Below are positions 11,268-23,499 of a DNA stretch of 64,000 nt, in pieces. The position numbers and the translations under genes are program-made. Location: assembly GCF_001194135.2 (NCBI RefSeq), contig NC_068988.1, positions 72,871,463 to 72,935,462 of the forward strand, in the 5' to 3' direction. Source of the DNA: Octopus bimaculoides (lineage: Eukaryota). The notes beneath the pieces are model-generated. The model saw only the letters and a program-made list of their open reading frames with translations. It ran no database searches and was not told the DNA's origin. Within the stretch, counting starts at the first letter, position 1, and each line of letters begins with the position of its first letter.

Positions 11268-12502
11268 ATGATGTGGTATCAAAAATTTCCAAGACTAGTT
11301 ATGTTTAATAAAAAAATAACTTATTTACCCAAGTTTTAACATCATCTTCCTTGAAATAGTCATCTTGTACAGCAATACACTGGTCCCAGCGTTCCTGCCA
11401 CTTTTGGAATCCAGCCTGAATGTTGTTTTCTGAAAGTGAGCCAAGGAGTCTCTGTGATTCGCTCTTGATGTTGTAGCGACACAAGTCATAAACGGCAGTA
11501 ATATGACATAATGGCCATGTTTGCCTGAACAAGTATAATTGTTAGTTTCCCATTGGTTAAAATTACTACCCATATTTGAATTCTAAACTTTTGTCAAAGA
11601 GAAATCTTTCACGAAATACGGTTCTTAGAATTCAAGTATGAGCAGTTATAATAACCCTGATTTGGGGGAAATTGATTAGTGATCGTTGGTTGTCACTAGA
11701 CTCCACAACACTCATACCTAATGATCATTGGTTGTCACTAGACTCCATGACACTCATACCTAGTGATTGTTGGTCATATTATACTTGTTCGGGCAAACAT
11801 GACCATTATGTCATATTACCACCGTTTATGACTTGCATCACTACAATCTCGACAACAGTGTTAAAATGACAACCTTTGAGCTGCATTTTCATCTTGGGGA
11901 AGAGATGAAAGTCCGCAGATGCTAAATCTGGTAAATAGGGTGAGTGCAAAAGTGATACCATGCTTTTGGTGAGAAACTCATAAGTGAGGAGAGATCGGTG
12001 ACAGGATGCATTGTCATCGTGAAGAATCCAATTCTTCACACTCCACAGATCTGTTTGCTTTCACCAAATGCTCTCTCTCAAACGCTTCAAAATGTTGCAG
12101 TAGAACTCTCGATTGATGGTCTGGCCCTGAGGGATGAATTCTTGATGCACATACTGCAGATGTTGAAAAAAGCAATGATCATGCTCTTGATTGAGCTATC
12201 ATTGCTATAAGCTTGCTGAAGCATGCTCAATGCCACTGTAGCAGACTTCTCACCAAGTTTAACACAAAATTTCACATCGGCTCTTTGTTTCAGCTTCCTA
12301 GCTATGACAAAAATCACAAACTACAGCCTACATGTGATAAAAAAAACACAAATTTCGTAACTTCCAAACTAAACACAGTGATGTCCCTTGGTACACTGCC
12401 TAATGAAAGTCAATGCTAGCTCTCCCTGTGCATGCAACCATGTAGTGCCATCTGTTGGAGCACTACAGAACTAGTCCAGGAACTTTTTGATACCACCTTG
12501 TA
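11268..12502 (-). mobile_element. Decayed mariner transposon with both TIRs
   Basis: TIRs GTGGTATCAAAAATTTCCAAGACTAGTT and AACTAGTCCAGGAACTTTTTGATACCAC. Transposase pieces: QRADVKFCVKLGEKSAT, WILHDDNASCH, HSPYLPDLASADFHLFPKMK, FQKWQERWDQCIAVQDDYF. Confidence 0.9.
11471..11846. mobile_element. MITE nested in the mariner
   Basis: ~65-bp TIRs (11471-11536 / 11778-11846, TTGTAG...CTACAA) and an internal 42-bp tandem x~2.4 at 11677-11775. It splits the transposase between NTVVEI and ESQRLL. Confidence 0.75.
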
Positions 12503-13754
12503 TCTGTCACATATGAAGTCTACCTTCCCTGTCAACCTGTGATCCCACTACACCTCTTGTGCATTCAGATATTACATTGGGTTGTATGGAATTCTTACCT
12601 ATTCTTTTTCTGCATATGGAGCATTGTCACTTCCTCAGTAGAGTTTTGTCTTCATTTTTGCCAAAACTTTTACCTATGTTAGCTTCACTTTCAAGTCTCT
12701 CAATTTTAGATTTTGCTTTTTAGTTTTGGATTTTCTTTCCTGTTATATTTTTGGCTGATTCAAGAAGAACTTGGGCTTTGATATACAAGAGTTCCCAAAG
12801 GCAGCTGGTATTAAACTCATTTGTTATGGTTTGAAAAACTGTAATAAACTGAAGGAAGCTGAGATCTGAGCTCTGATAAACACCTAACCTGTAAACTAGA
12901 TTCATTGCTAACTCTTGTCTTGCTGACAGCGCCTCTGTACATAGCTTGCATAACTCTTATAAGCATTTCAACTATACCTAATTTCCTTAGTAACCAATAG
13001 ATTTCAGAGCATCTTTCATTCTCTGTTCTTGCATAAACATGAACTGAATTTTATGTAGGTTAATTCTCTTCCTAATCAGTTGTGCTATAACTCTGTCAGT
13101 AACTTTAATGACTTGGCCCATTAACTTGATGCCTTGGTAATTGCTTGTTACTGGAGCCCCTCCTTTACTTTTTGTAGCAAATTATTATATGACTATGCCA
13201 TTCATTGGATATGACGTCTCTGTGTGTTCTCTGACTAAACTATGTAACTAGGACATGATCTACTTTATCAGATATTTTCAGTATCTTGGTTATAGTCCTG
13301 CCTTTGACATTCTTAATCACGTTTTTGACTGTACAGCAGTTTTCTCTCTCTTGCTACATCCAAAAACCTCTCATAGAAGCTTTTCCATGCTTCTTGTTTT
13401 CAGCATCAGTGAGGGCAAGTGTGCTGCTATCATTTTGTTCACATTTCACCCCACTGACTTCTTGATTCTGTGTAGTACTCTGCATTGTAATCTGAAATAC
13501 TTTGGGCCTATGATCCTCACATCACAAAACATATGCTTGTTGTTAGGATATTAGAGCTGTCATATTAGTCTACATGATAAATGCAGAACACATCTAAAAC
13601 TCAGAAAAATTACTCAAGAAAGCAAATATTTGTGAAATATGTATGTAGCAATGTGACATGTTCTGTTTCTTTAACGCAATCTTACAACTTGCCTTGTTAT
13701 CTAGCTTCAACAAAAAAGAGCAGTAGTAATTGCCAGGTACTATCTTTGTAAAAT

Positions 13755-13943
13755 AAACACAGTGATGTCATTTGGTACACAGCTTCATAAAAGTCAATGC
13801 TAGCTCTCACTGCACATGCAACTGTGTGCTGCCATCTGCTGGAATGCTACAAAACTAGTCTGGGAACTTTTTGATACCACCTCGTATCTGCCACATATGA
13901 AGTCTACCTTCCCTGTCAACCTGTGATCCCACTACACCTCTTG
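13755..13943 (-). repeat. Second mariner end plus duplicated flank of 12371-12559
   Basis: Direct alignment with 12371-12559, covering the TIR, the TA and 57 bp of flank. Confidence 0.85.
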
Positions 13944-14139
13944 CAGCTTCTGATTGACCATCATTACTCATTGAAATTCAAAGATTAATCAAATGAAAAA
14001 TTGTTTTGAACTAGATAATTTTTTTTGTTCATCTGAAAGTGCCTCCACAGAAAATGTGTGTAGAGAAAAAAACCAATCTTTATGGAACATTAAACCCAAG
14101 TGCCTCCTTTTTTAGTTTTTTTGCAATTCCATTGGATGT

Positions 14140-16150
14140 TTCATGTATAACATGATGGTAATTGATAATATAACAGGGTTTTAGAGAAAGTGTCTTTGAG
14201 GCAAAGTCTCAAAAGAGTTGTTAATGTAGTCTCTCTTAGAGTTAGGGATTGCTGTGTAGCAGTTTCTATAGTAAAGTATAGTTTTACAACTTTATAATAT
14301 TCTTTGTGTTTTGTGGGGTTTGGAATTTCTGCAGATATAATATCAATCTCATTAGAGTGAATTTTGTGCAAAAAAAAAAAAAAGCCAATTACAATTTGTG
14401 TGTGAGGTAGGCTTTTTTTTTTTTTTTGCCATTCAGTTATGTACAAGTGGTAATGTACTGATTAAGACGTCTGTGACTTAATTATAACATCCTTCAATTC
14501 AAATATCTGGTGATAAAAAAATGCTTGCAATTTGGTTGTATCTATAAATGTATAACTATCCTGGAAAAATGCTCTGTCTGGATGTTACATTTAGGATTGT
14601 AGATAAGTAATGAAAAGATCAGTACATTTGTAATTATGCGAAATGATAAAGTCATGGTATTCAGTGTTCTCTCAAGCATACAGCTTCCTATAAAACTGAA
14701 CAGAGGAATACAAATATGTCTGAGTCTTGACCCAATAATCCAGCAATATCATTGTTGTTAATGCCATGTTATAAATGCACATAGGATTCTGAACATAGTT
14801 CCTTTTAATAAGTTTTTATGGAGCACAACCATCTGACACTATATTAATATACATATCAACAACACGTTGGTGAAAAATATTTTATCATTGAAGACAGTTA
14901 AATAAATTACTTTGAATCATCAATCAATAAGTATAAAGCAAAATGAAAATATTTTGGAAGTGATTCCACCAACTGAAATACCAAAGTGGCGTCCACTTTT
15001 TCAGTTGACAAAAACAAGGATTATTACAAAGCATCATTTTTGAATTTGATGCAACATTTACAACATTTCTAAACAATTCTTTAATTTGCCATCTGCTTTC
15101 CAACCATAATAACTCACTTCGTTACACTTTGGAATATTAAATTGGGGAACTTTTTCTCTAACTTGGTAACTTGAAAGTTTAGAGGTGAAGTACATTTTAA
15201 AGCATACTAAAAGCTTCTAACATAAGAATTTTTTCTGTGAAGCATTTCTTACAACTTCAAAATAAGTTCTAATTTTTTTTTCTCTAGTCTAGGCACAAGG
15301 CCTGAAATTTTGGGGGAGGGGGCTAGTCGATTAGATCAACTCCAGAATGCAGCTGGTACTTAATTTATGAACCCTGAAAGGATGAAAGGCAAAGTCAACC
15401 TCAACAGAATTTGAACTCAGAACATAAAGACATGAAATACCGCTAAGCATCTCGCCCAGCATGCTAACGTTTCTTATTTCTTTATTGCCCGCAAGGGGCT
15501 AAACATAGAGGGGACAAACAAGGACAGACAAAGGGATTAAGTCGATTACATCAACCCCAGTATGTAACTGGTACTTAATTTATCAACCCCGAAAGGATGA
15601 AAGGCAAAGTCAACCTCGGTGGAATTTGAACTCAGAATGTAATAGCAGACGAAATACCGCTAAGCATTTCGCCCGGCGTGCTAACGTTTCTACCAGCTCA
15701 TCACCTTAAATAAGTTCTAATTTTGTGCTTGGATAGTTTTTTTTTTGTTGTGGCACTGTGCTTCTTTTTGAGTGTCACTTGTAAGATATATCTGTAAAAA
15801 CTGTGGTGCTTAATGATGCCAATTCTATAATAAATTTGATCTTGTACTTTAAAAATTGCCATAAACCCATGTACTTTGATAATTTTTACCTCAGATGATG
15901 TCATTTGAAAAGCTCAGTTGTATATCTACAGCCTACCAATTACATTCTGGCCAATTTTTGTTTCCAAATCTTCTTTTTGTGGTACCTTTCTTTTGTAAAT
16001 GCAGTGGGGTTGAGGTTACTTCAAGCATTATGAACCATATTCAATTTTACAATTTTAATATTCTTTGGTTATGTTTGGAATTTCTGCTGATGCAATATCA
16101 ATCTTATTGATACTAACGATCAATGGATCTTACAACATAGATATCTATTT
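14140..16150 (-). mobile_element. Fragmented Helitron Rep/helicase remnant
   Basis: Motifs MTS.EVKIIKVHGFMAIFKVQDQIYYRIG, ID(I)ISAEIPN (twice) and TTLTTLLRLCLKDTFSKTLLYYQLPSCYT resemble Helitron Rep-Hel blocks. Confidence 0.6.
15290..15710 (-). mobile_element. Two tandem tRNA-derived SINEs (family B)
   Basis: Minus-strand GGTGATGAGCTGGTAGAAACGTTAGCACGCCGGGCGAAATGCTTAGCGG... head and GAGTTCAAATTC B-box; near-identical to the copy at 38.1-38.3 kb. Confidence 0.85.
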
Positions 16151-16790
16151 ATTCCTTGTCCCACTTCTAGCACCACACTTCTCACATATTTTGCACATAG
16201 AGTCCAGGGATTCATTTTTTTTCAGATGCATAATCATTATTAGAATCATAGTTAAATACAATATTTTGTTATTGATTTTGTCCTTACTTTTTCCACATAT
16301 TTTCTCTGCAATTCTTATTTTTCATTCTTTTTTACATTCTTGAACTCTATTTTTCCTATCATTTTTTGTAACTTTATTTCTTTGCTTTTTTAAAAATTTC
16401 TTGCCCATCATTATCCCTCCTTCTCTGCAATCTTATTTTTCTGTTGATTTTACATAGCTTCTTTCCAAAGTGTTCAATGAGTCATATTAAGTAAGAGTGA
16501 TAAGAGTGTAAAGAAGTACTAAAGAAGTACTGTTTCTTCTTTATAAAGTTATCATCTGCTTACAACTGGAAATGCTGGAACACTGCACTTGTTTCTGGAT
16601 AATTTTGGCTTAAACGTTATTAATTGTCATATAATTGTGAATATGAGAGACAGAGAGAGGGTGATAGGAGTGAGATAGTGACATGAAGAACAAAGAGAGA
16701 AGCAGGAGAAAAATGCTGTGAGAGAGAATGAGTTGCAAACACAAAAAGAGGGAAAATTAAGTATAAAAGATTTGGAGAATGAAAGAGAGA

Positions 16791-16828
<38 letters not shown>

Positions 16829-17203
16829 AAAAGAGAAAAAGGAAAAAGCAGTAAGACTTTGACTTAATCATAAATATGTGTGTGCTTATGGGTAAGTCTG
16901 TTGATGTTTAACTCTCACGATGACATAAACCTAAGACATTCTAGCCATGACTATGCCATCTTTTTCTGGGACTTTTTTCTTACCCAGTGTGTTCTTACCT
17001 TTTTTAAGGTAGCAGAGTGTGATAAATTTGACTGTTATTTGCAGCAGTTCAAGCAACCATACAGGGTGTCTTATTGACTTGAACATGTATATGTGTGGAA
17101 TTGTCATAGATTTATGTGTACACATTTTACTGTAGTATTGTGTGTGTGTGTGTGTGTTTGTGTGTATGTATGTACATGTGTGTGTGTCTGTATGTATGTA
17201 TGT

Positions 17204-17650
17204 GAGATCGAGTTGGATGGCGAACAAGGGTGTGGAGTGGAGTGAAAGCGGTTGAAGAGGCCAGGATGACGCAAGCAGGACTCAAGAGATATTTAAGGAA
17301 AAATGTAAAGATCGAGAAGGTGAATGACAAGGACCTTTTTGTGTGCACAGTCTGTGACAGACCATGCCTGTCTTTGGCTGGCCTCAAATCTCACCTGCGA
17401 ACCCATGGAAAACAAACTTCAACCAACTATTCTGATTATATGTCTGTGCACACGTTTGAATGTAGTGTGTGCCAGAGGGCTTGCAAATCCAATGGGGGTC
17501 TTAAAAGACATGTTAGGATCCACAATGAGCAGAACTTACTTGCAGGTATTGGTAGTGCAAATCAGAGGTGCAATCTGTGTGGGTGTTTTTTCAAAACAGT
17601 CTGGTATAAAAAGCCACATCAGACGCCATGAAAAGGCTAAGGTGTAGGTG
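17204..17650 (+). mobile_element. 3' end of an RTE-type LINE ORF carrying three C2H2 zinc fingers
   Basis: DRVGWRTRVWSGVKAVEEAR...KR (RTE terminal helix), then CTVCDRPCLSLAGLKSHLRTH, CSVCQRACKSNGGLKRHVRIH and a frameshifted CNLCG..FSKQSGIKSHIRRH. Confidence 0.7.
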
Positions 17651-18472
17651 CAGGAGGTGGTCAAACTCTGTGTAAGGAGTAGACAAGCACCATGTATGTG
17701 TATCTATATATATGTTTGTATATTTGAGTGCTCTATGTATAAATAAGTCTCTACATATACACACACCTATATTCATAATATACATATGTAACAATCGAGT
17801 TTAATGGTCTAATATAAAAATCAATGAATGTTGGAAATCATCAATTTGTAATGGTTAAGTGTAACATCCAGTTTTAACCATTTATAACCATTAGAGGTCA
17901 CCAACTCTGATGCCCATGTTTAAAATTAATATGCACTGAATAGACGAGAAAAGATATAAGTTATTAGTTGAAATGGTCCTTTATTCATATTGTAAAGACA
18001 TTAATAATGTCTCTACAATGTAAGTTATCACTACTTTGAGTTGTTTGTGTACACAGGTTATTCTATAATCTATTGTGCAGGTAGTAAAATCATCTGTGGC
18101 TGAGTACGAGAGAGAGAAAGGGTAATAGAGTTTAGTCAAGTAGAAAGTGTAAGTTGTCATGTGACAATCCATAAGTGAAAGGAGAAAACAGGTGTTCTCT
18201 TTAAGTAGGTGCCAAGTGATCAAAAAGGAAGAACTAATTTGGAGTTGCTTGTTTATATTCTTCCTAACCAAACTAGGTCAGGTTAACCAAAGGATTTCCC
18301 CTATGTATCAGATTTGACCCATGTATGACTCAAAAAAGGCTATGAGGTCAGTTTACTTTCATAAATTTCATACTGCAACAGGTGAGAACACTAAGCAGAG
18401 GACTTGTAGGAAAATGTGGATTTGGTTTCAAATTATAGCTTAGAAATTCAGTAGCTATTCACTCTATATGTG

Positions 18473-18510
<38 letters not shown>

Positions 18511-18710
18511 TGTGTATTTCTTCTATCCTAATGAATAAAAATTCTTCTGATAGAATAAATGGGTTAATAGAAACCAATGTAGCAAAGAACACAAAATAAC
18601 TGTGGTTTAATTCCTGTTTTTAAGGCAGGAACTCCTTGAAATTTTGGGTATTTGAGTATATTTAAGAATTTAAGGATTGGAGAAAACGCATGTTATAATT
18701 GCATACTTTA

Positions 18711-18794
18711 TTCCTACATATGTTTCAAAGGATTACAACCTGTGTGATCCATAGGGATCTTTGATATTAAAATTGTAACCTTCTCATCAGGGAA
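18711..18794 (-). ncRNA. Type I hammerhead ribozyme motif, canonical core
   Basis: Minus strand reads UUCC-CUGAUGA-GAAGGUUACAA-(~34-nt loop)-UUGUAAUCCUUU-GAAAC-AUAU-GUA-GGAA: 4-bp stem I, 11-bp stem II, palindromic ACAUAUGU stem III. Confidence 0.82.
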
Positions 18795-19205
18795 AGCATG
18801 GGAATCATCTTAAACGTAAGACATTATGACCGATTATGAAAACAATAGATGGATAAGGTTATGACTTGATTCATTTGAAAAAAACCGTTAGAGAATTGGA
18901 CGCTGCCGGATAGTGGGTTGGACAACACATACCAATCAATGTGTGAGAGCGTACATGCATACATAAATACACATACACAAACACACACATATACATGCAT
19001 ACTGATACACACACACACATATACATATATATATGTATATACACATACATACACATGAAATACCAGATGAAACCACATCGTAGCAGGAGGCACAAAGAAG
19101 AGCAACTCCATCCAACTTGCTATTTCACCAAAGACAGTACAGAAAGGAAATCTAAGCACATTGAAAGGCAGTGCTCCAGCAAGGCTGCAGCCTTTTGCTG
19201 AAACC

Positions 19206-19208
<3 letters not shown>

Positions 19209-19296
<88 letters not shown>
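19209..19296. repeat. (CA)n microsatellite
   Basis: Direct reading. Confidence 0.95.
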
Positions 19297-19299
<3 letters not shown>

Positions 19300-19337
19300 T
19301 AAGTAAGTAAATTTATTTTACTCACACATTTACCAAA

Positions 19338-19720
19338 AGGCAGCTGTGTGGTAAGAAGCTTGCTTTCCAGTCACATCATACAAGGTTCAGTCCCACTGCA
19401 TGGTACCTTGGGTGTCTACTACTATAGCCTCAGGCTGACCAGAGCCTTGTGAGTGGATTTGGTAGACAGAAACTGAAAGAAACCCATCGTATATATGTAT
19501 GTGTGTGTCTTTGTGTCTGTGTTTGCCCCCCACTATTGCTTGACAATCAATGCTTGTGAGTTTATGTCCCTGTAACTTAGCAGTTCAGCAAAAGAATTAA
19601 TTGAATAAGTATCAGGCTTAAAAAAGAAATAAGTACTGCGGTCGATTCATTCAACTAAAATTTTTTAAGGTAATGCCCCAATATTGCCACAGTGTAATGA
19701 CTGAAACAAGTAAAAGATAT
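19338..19720 (+). mobile_element. CORE-like SINE (family A)
   Basis: Homologous to the copies at 28.9 and 29.5 kb. Confidence 0.8.
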
Positions 19721-19776
19721 GCTAGTGTATATATTTTCAGGTATACTGCAAATTTGGGGAACAGACAAAAGGCAAA

Positions 19777-19815
<39 letters not shown>

Positions 19816-20549
19816 TTAGATCTTAAGCAACAGTTTATTCCCTACATTACACCATTATGCATTTCATTTTTGTAGCCTGTAAAACAACTTAATGTTATTT
19901 CACATGAGAGTAGATAAATAATCAGTTTTATCTTAGTACAGCTATCTTGCGTAAACATTTTTTGTTTGGCAAAACATTGCAGTCAATTCAGAAATATTTC
20001 ATATTGACTCGAAATTAACTGAACCATTATGTTTGCACGATGTTAAAGAAATGAATATTTGTTTTGTCTGACTGTAAAAGTTTGCACTGTATTTTAAATA
20101 AATGTCAAATTTATGATTGAGTAGTTCTATCTAGTGTTCTGTTGGAATTGTATCGAAGGGTCTCATTGAGTTCATATTATACGATAATATTTCTGTTCTC
20201 TGTAAAGGTTAACTCAGTGACTGGTGTAATATAATAGACAAGGAAAGTAATAAAATGTACAAGATTCAGAAATGTGTAAAGGAGAGTAGGCTGAATGTGT
20301 GAATTTGACCGATGACCAGTTTGGTAAAGAAAAACTTAAATGTCAGTTTAGAAATGTCTCAGTGAATTTCAGTATAATTCAGTTCAATTCAGTTCCATTT
20401 AATATGAGAATGTTGTGAACATCTAATTACTCATAAAGTTAGTATTACTATGTTAATGTAAATTTGATTCTCTTATTAATTAATTACAAAAAATATGTAA
20501 AGAGGCTGGTGTTTCTAGTTTCTTTAATATTGGTTTCAAATTTTGGCAC

Positions 20550-20740
20550 AAGGCTAGTAAGTTCAGGAGAGGGGGTAAGTTGATTACATTGACTCGGTGT
20601 TCTACTTATTTTATCAACCCAAAATAATGAAAGGTAAAATCGACCTCATTGGAATTTGAACTCAGAATGTAAAGACAAATGAAATGCCACCAAATATTTT
20701 ACCTGACATGTTAACAATCCTGCTATCTTGCTGCCTTATA
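20550..20740 (-). mobile_element. SINE family B, degenerate
   Basis: GAGTTCAAATTCCAATGAGGTCGATTTTACC on the minus strand. Confidence 0.7.
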
Positions 20741-20754
20741 GTTTCTCTAATATT

Positions 20755-22627
20755 AACCGTCTGTGACACCATTGAGACCATTTTTGTAACACAATGCTTT
20801 GATGTTATTGAGAGATAAATATAGCTTTAATGAGTAGAATAAACTATAGTTTGGTTAATTGCAATTCTGGTTCAAAAGTTATGAACGTTTTATGATATTG
20901 AGAGAAAAATAAAGAAAAACCCAGGGTCATTAGTCTTGTATTTTATCATTTATTGAAGTTAGCATCATCACTGCTGCCTGAAGTATCACTTTCACCATCA
21001 CTAACTTCATCTTTGGACTCTTCATTGTCTTCAATGGCTCTAATATGCTCGTAAAACTTGTTTAGATGAGAATTAGCTTTGTTAATACATCCTTGGACTT
21101 TTGCTCTCCAGATTCTGAAATGATGCATACAGTTGTGCCAGCATTTGTTTGAAGGTGGTGTTTGTGGTGTACTGTCTTCCTACTTTTCACTTGACAATGG
21201 CCCATACGAGCTCAATCAGTTGCAAATCAGAATGATGCAGTGGAGAAAAAAATGACCTCATGACCTCTTTCTCTTGCCATGGAACAAACGACTGGAAAGA
21301 TGTGTAGTTTGTTGTACTTCTTCAGCTTTTCCCATAGCACACACTTCAGATCTGCTTCAAATGGAGTTTCAAATGCCACCTGCATTTGAGCCTTCTTTCA
21401 CCATCCTTTTGGTGCTGATTCAGGGAGATTAGAATGATATTTGGTATTGTTCATCACAATGACAGCATTATAAATCCCTCAGTCATCAAGAACTCTGAAG
21501 AGCTTCTCTTTCCACTCAATAAAATACTTGTGGTCAAACATCCCTATGGTAGTCTTTCATTTGTTTTCCTCCTACTAAGACATGCAGAGTGTCCTCCATT
21601 AAGTGAGCCACTTGATTTTCATTTCGAGCTTCTTCTGGCATGGTGTAGTCAGCATCAATAATGGCCACGATGAAACTGTATCACTTTGCTTTGTGTTGTG
21701 TTTTCACTAGTTGATCCTGCTCATCGTTCAGATCATACAAACTGTCATCATGTCAAGCATAATTCTTGTGAATATAGCTTTCATCTATGTACACAATTTG
21801 TTTCTTCTTCACTGCATTGAGAGAAACTAATCCAACTGTATAAAGATCCTGCTTACAAATGTTCTCAGCTCAGAGCTTGAAACACATCATTCCTTTCTTC
21901 TTTCTGCAACAGTATCCTTTTTATATAAGGAATCTTTGAACAGATTGGAAAGTTGCTTGGACTTGCTTTGGTTGATCACTGTCAACAGCAATGAAACCAT
22001 ATTCAATGCAACAGTTCATCACATCCCAAGCAACAGTCCTAGTGTGAGTTGCCTGATGATCTCTGACAAATTTCAGGATTGCAGAAGTCACAAGATGAAG
22101 ATCAGGCTCTACTGGAGCCTTTGGATTTCAATTTCCAGTTATCTTCTGCTCGGAAATTTAGGTCTAGATTTCACTGCAGAGCTTATTACTTCAACCAAGG
22201 ACATTTGCAATATGGTTCATGGCATCTGCATTCTTCCTCGTTTACTCAGGTCCCTTATTTCCATGCAGCACAACACATTTATGATGAAATTTGGCTTGTA
22301 CAGAGAGAATATCCAGCTTTTCCTTGGTAAAGCTCCAAGGCTGATTTTTTTTTCATAAAACTCTCCACAGATTTGAGAAACAGTTTATCCACAACCTTCT
22401 GCTTCTTCTTGGGAGTGCAAGAAACAACATCTCCCTATCTTTTGTTTCTTCTCAGCTCCAAAACATGATCTTCAACTTGATCCTTTTCTTCATTTCTTTC
22501 CATAACTTTTGCCCAGGAGGTGAGAGAAAAATAATTAATGGTGCAAAAGATATAATGGGTTTAAACTACCAGTAAAAAACTGACTGTGTAAAACACAAAA
22601 TAGGCCTCAATGGTGTTGCAGAGTATA
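20755..22627 (-). mobile_element. Decayed IS630-Tc1-mariner (DDE_3-like) transposon with probable ~30-bp TIRs
   Basis: IVYIDESYIHKNY..HDDSLYDLNDEQD, GMFDHKYF, NAVIVMNNTKYH, GHEVIFSPLHHSDLQLIELVWAIVK. Inverted match TCTGTGACACCATTGAGACCATTTTTGT (~20760) / ACAAAATAGGCCTCAATGGTGTTGCAGA (~22595-22622). Confidence 0.75.
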
Positions 22628-22821
22628 AATCAATTTGATAAAAACCATGAGTTAACCAAATGCAGGCAATATTTTCAAGAAATTCTTGTACTTATTTCAC
22701 ATATTTGATGATGAGAGACATTGCTGACTGTTTCATTATCTATAATATATTCAGTGGTAGTTATATTGGGAGTTATAAAATTTTGGTTACTAAATTGTAG
22801 TTATGGTTGTATATGTAAGGA

Positions 22822-22924
<103 letters not shown>

Positions 22925-22994
22925 ATGTGTACTTATTTATTGCTGTCTATAAATATGGGAAGAAGACAGAATGAAAAGTATTAAAATTTACATG

Positions 22995-23195
22995 TCTATA
23001 AGGCAGCCAGAATCATTAGCACACTGGGTAAAATGCTTAGCTGTATTTCATCTATCTTTACATTCTGAGCTCAGAATCCACTGGGGTTGACTTTGCTTTT
23101 CATCAATCTGGAGTAGATAAAGTAAGTACCAGTTGAACACTGGGATTGATGTAATCACTGGCCTTAAGCCAAAATTTGAAATCAATATTTGCATG
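22995..23195 (+). mobile_element. SINE family B, degenerate
   Basis: GGCAGCCAGAATCATTAGCAC...AAAATGCTTAG head; GTTGACTTTGCTTTTCATC body. Confidence 0.65.
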
Positions 23196-23499
23196 TCTGT
23201 ACTATCTGTGTGAATTCAAGAAAGCTAGAATATGCTGCACAATGATGTTCAATCAAAAATAATATTGTAATACTGAAGACAAACAATAGAAACAAAAACG
23301 TATGTAAGGTGTATGAGTAAAACAAGATAAATTGATAGTGAATTCAAAAGAACATCTTTCAGAGTATAAACATAAGAATCGTTAAAAATAGCTGTCAAAT
23401 TACATACAGTTATACAGTGTAAGAACAAAATCAAGAGATTTTGAAGAGAATTGAAAGCCACAGTCATGCACAGTAGCCATTGAAACCAAGGATTTTTTG

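Noticed and set aside
11677-11775. Regularly spaced repeats as a CRISPR-like array
   Set aside because: These are head-to-tail 42-bp tandem units with no unique spacers, in eukaryotic DNA with no cas genes.
18824-19294. Long CV/HT/YI/ER-repeat ORFs here and at 22721, 26377, 44110, 52000 and 55074
   Set aside because: Translations of microsatellites; poly-X ORFs elsewhere are N gaps.
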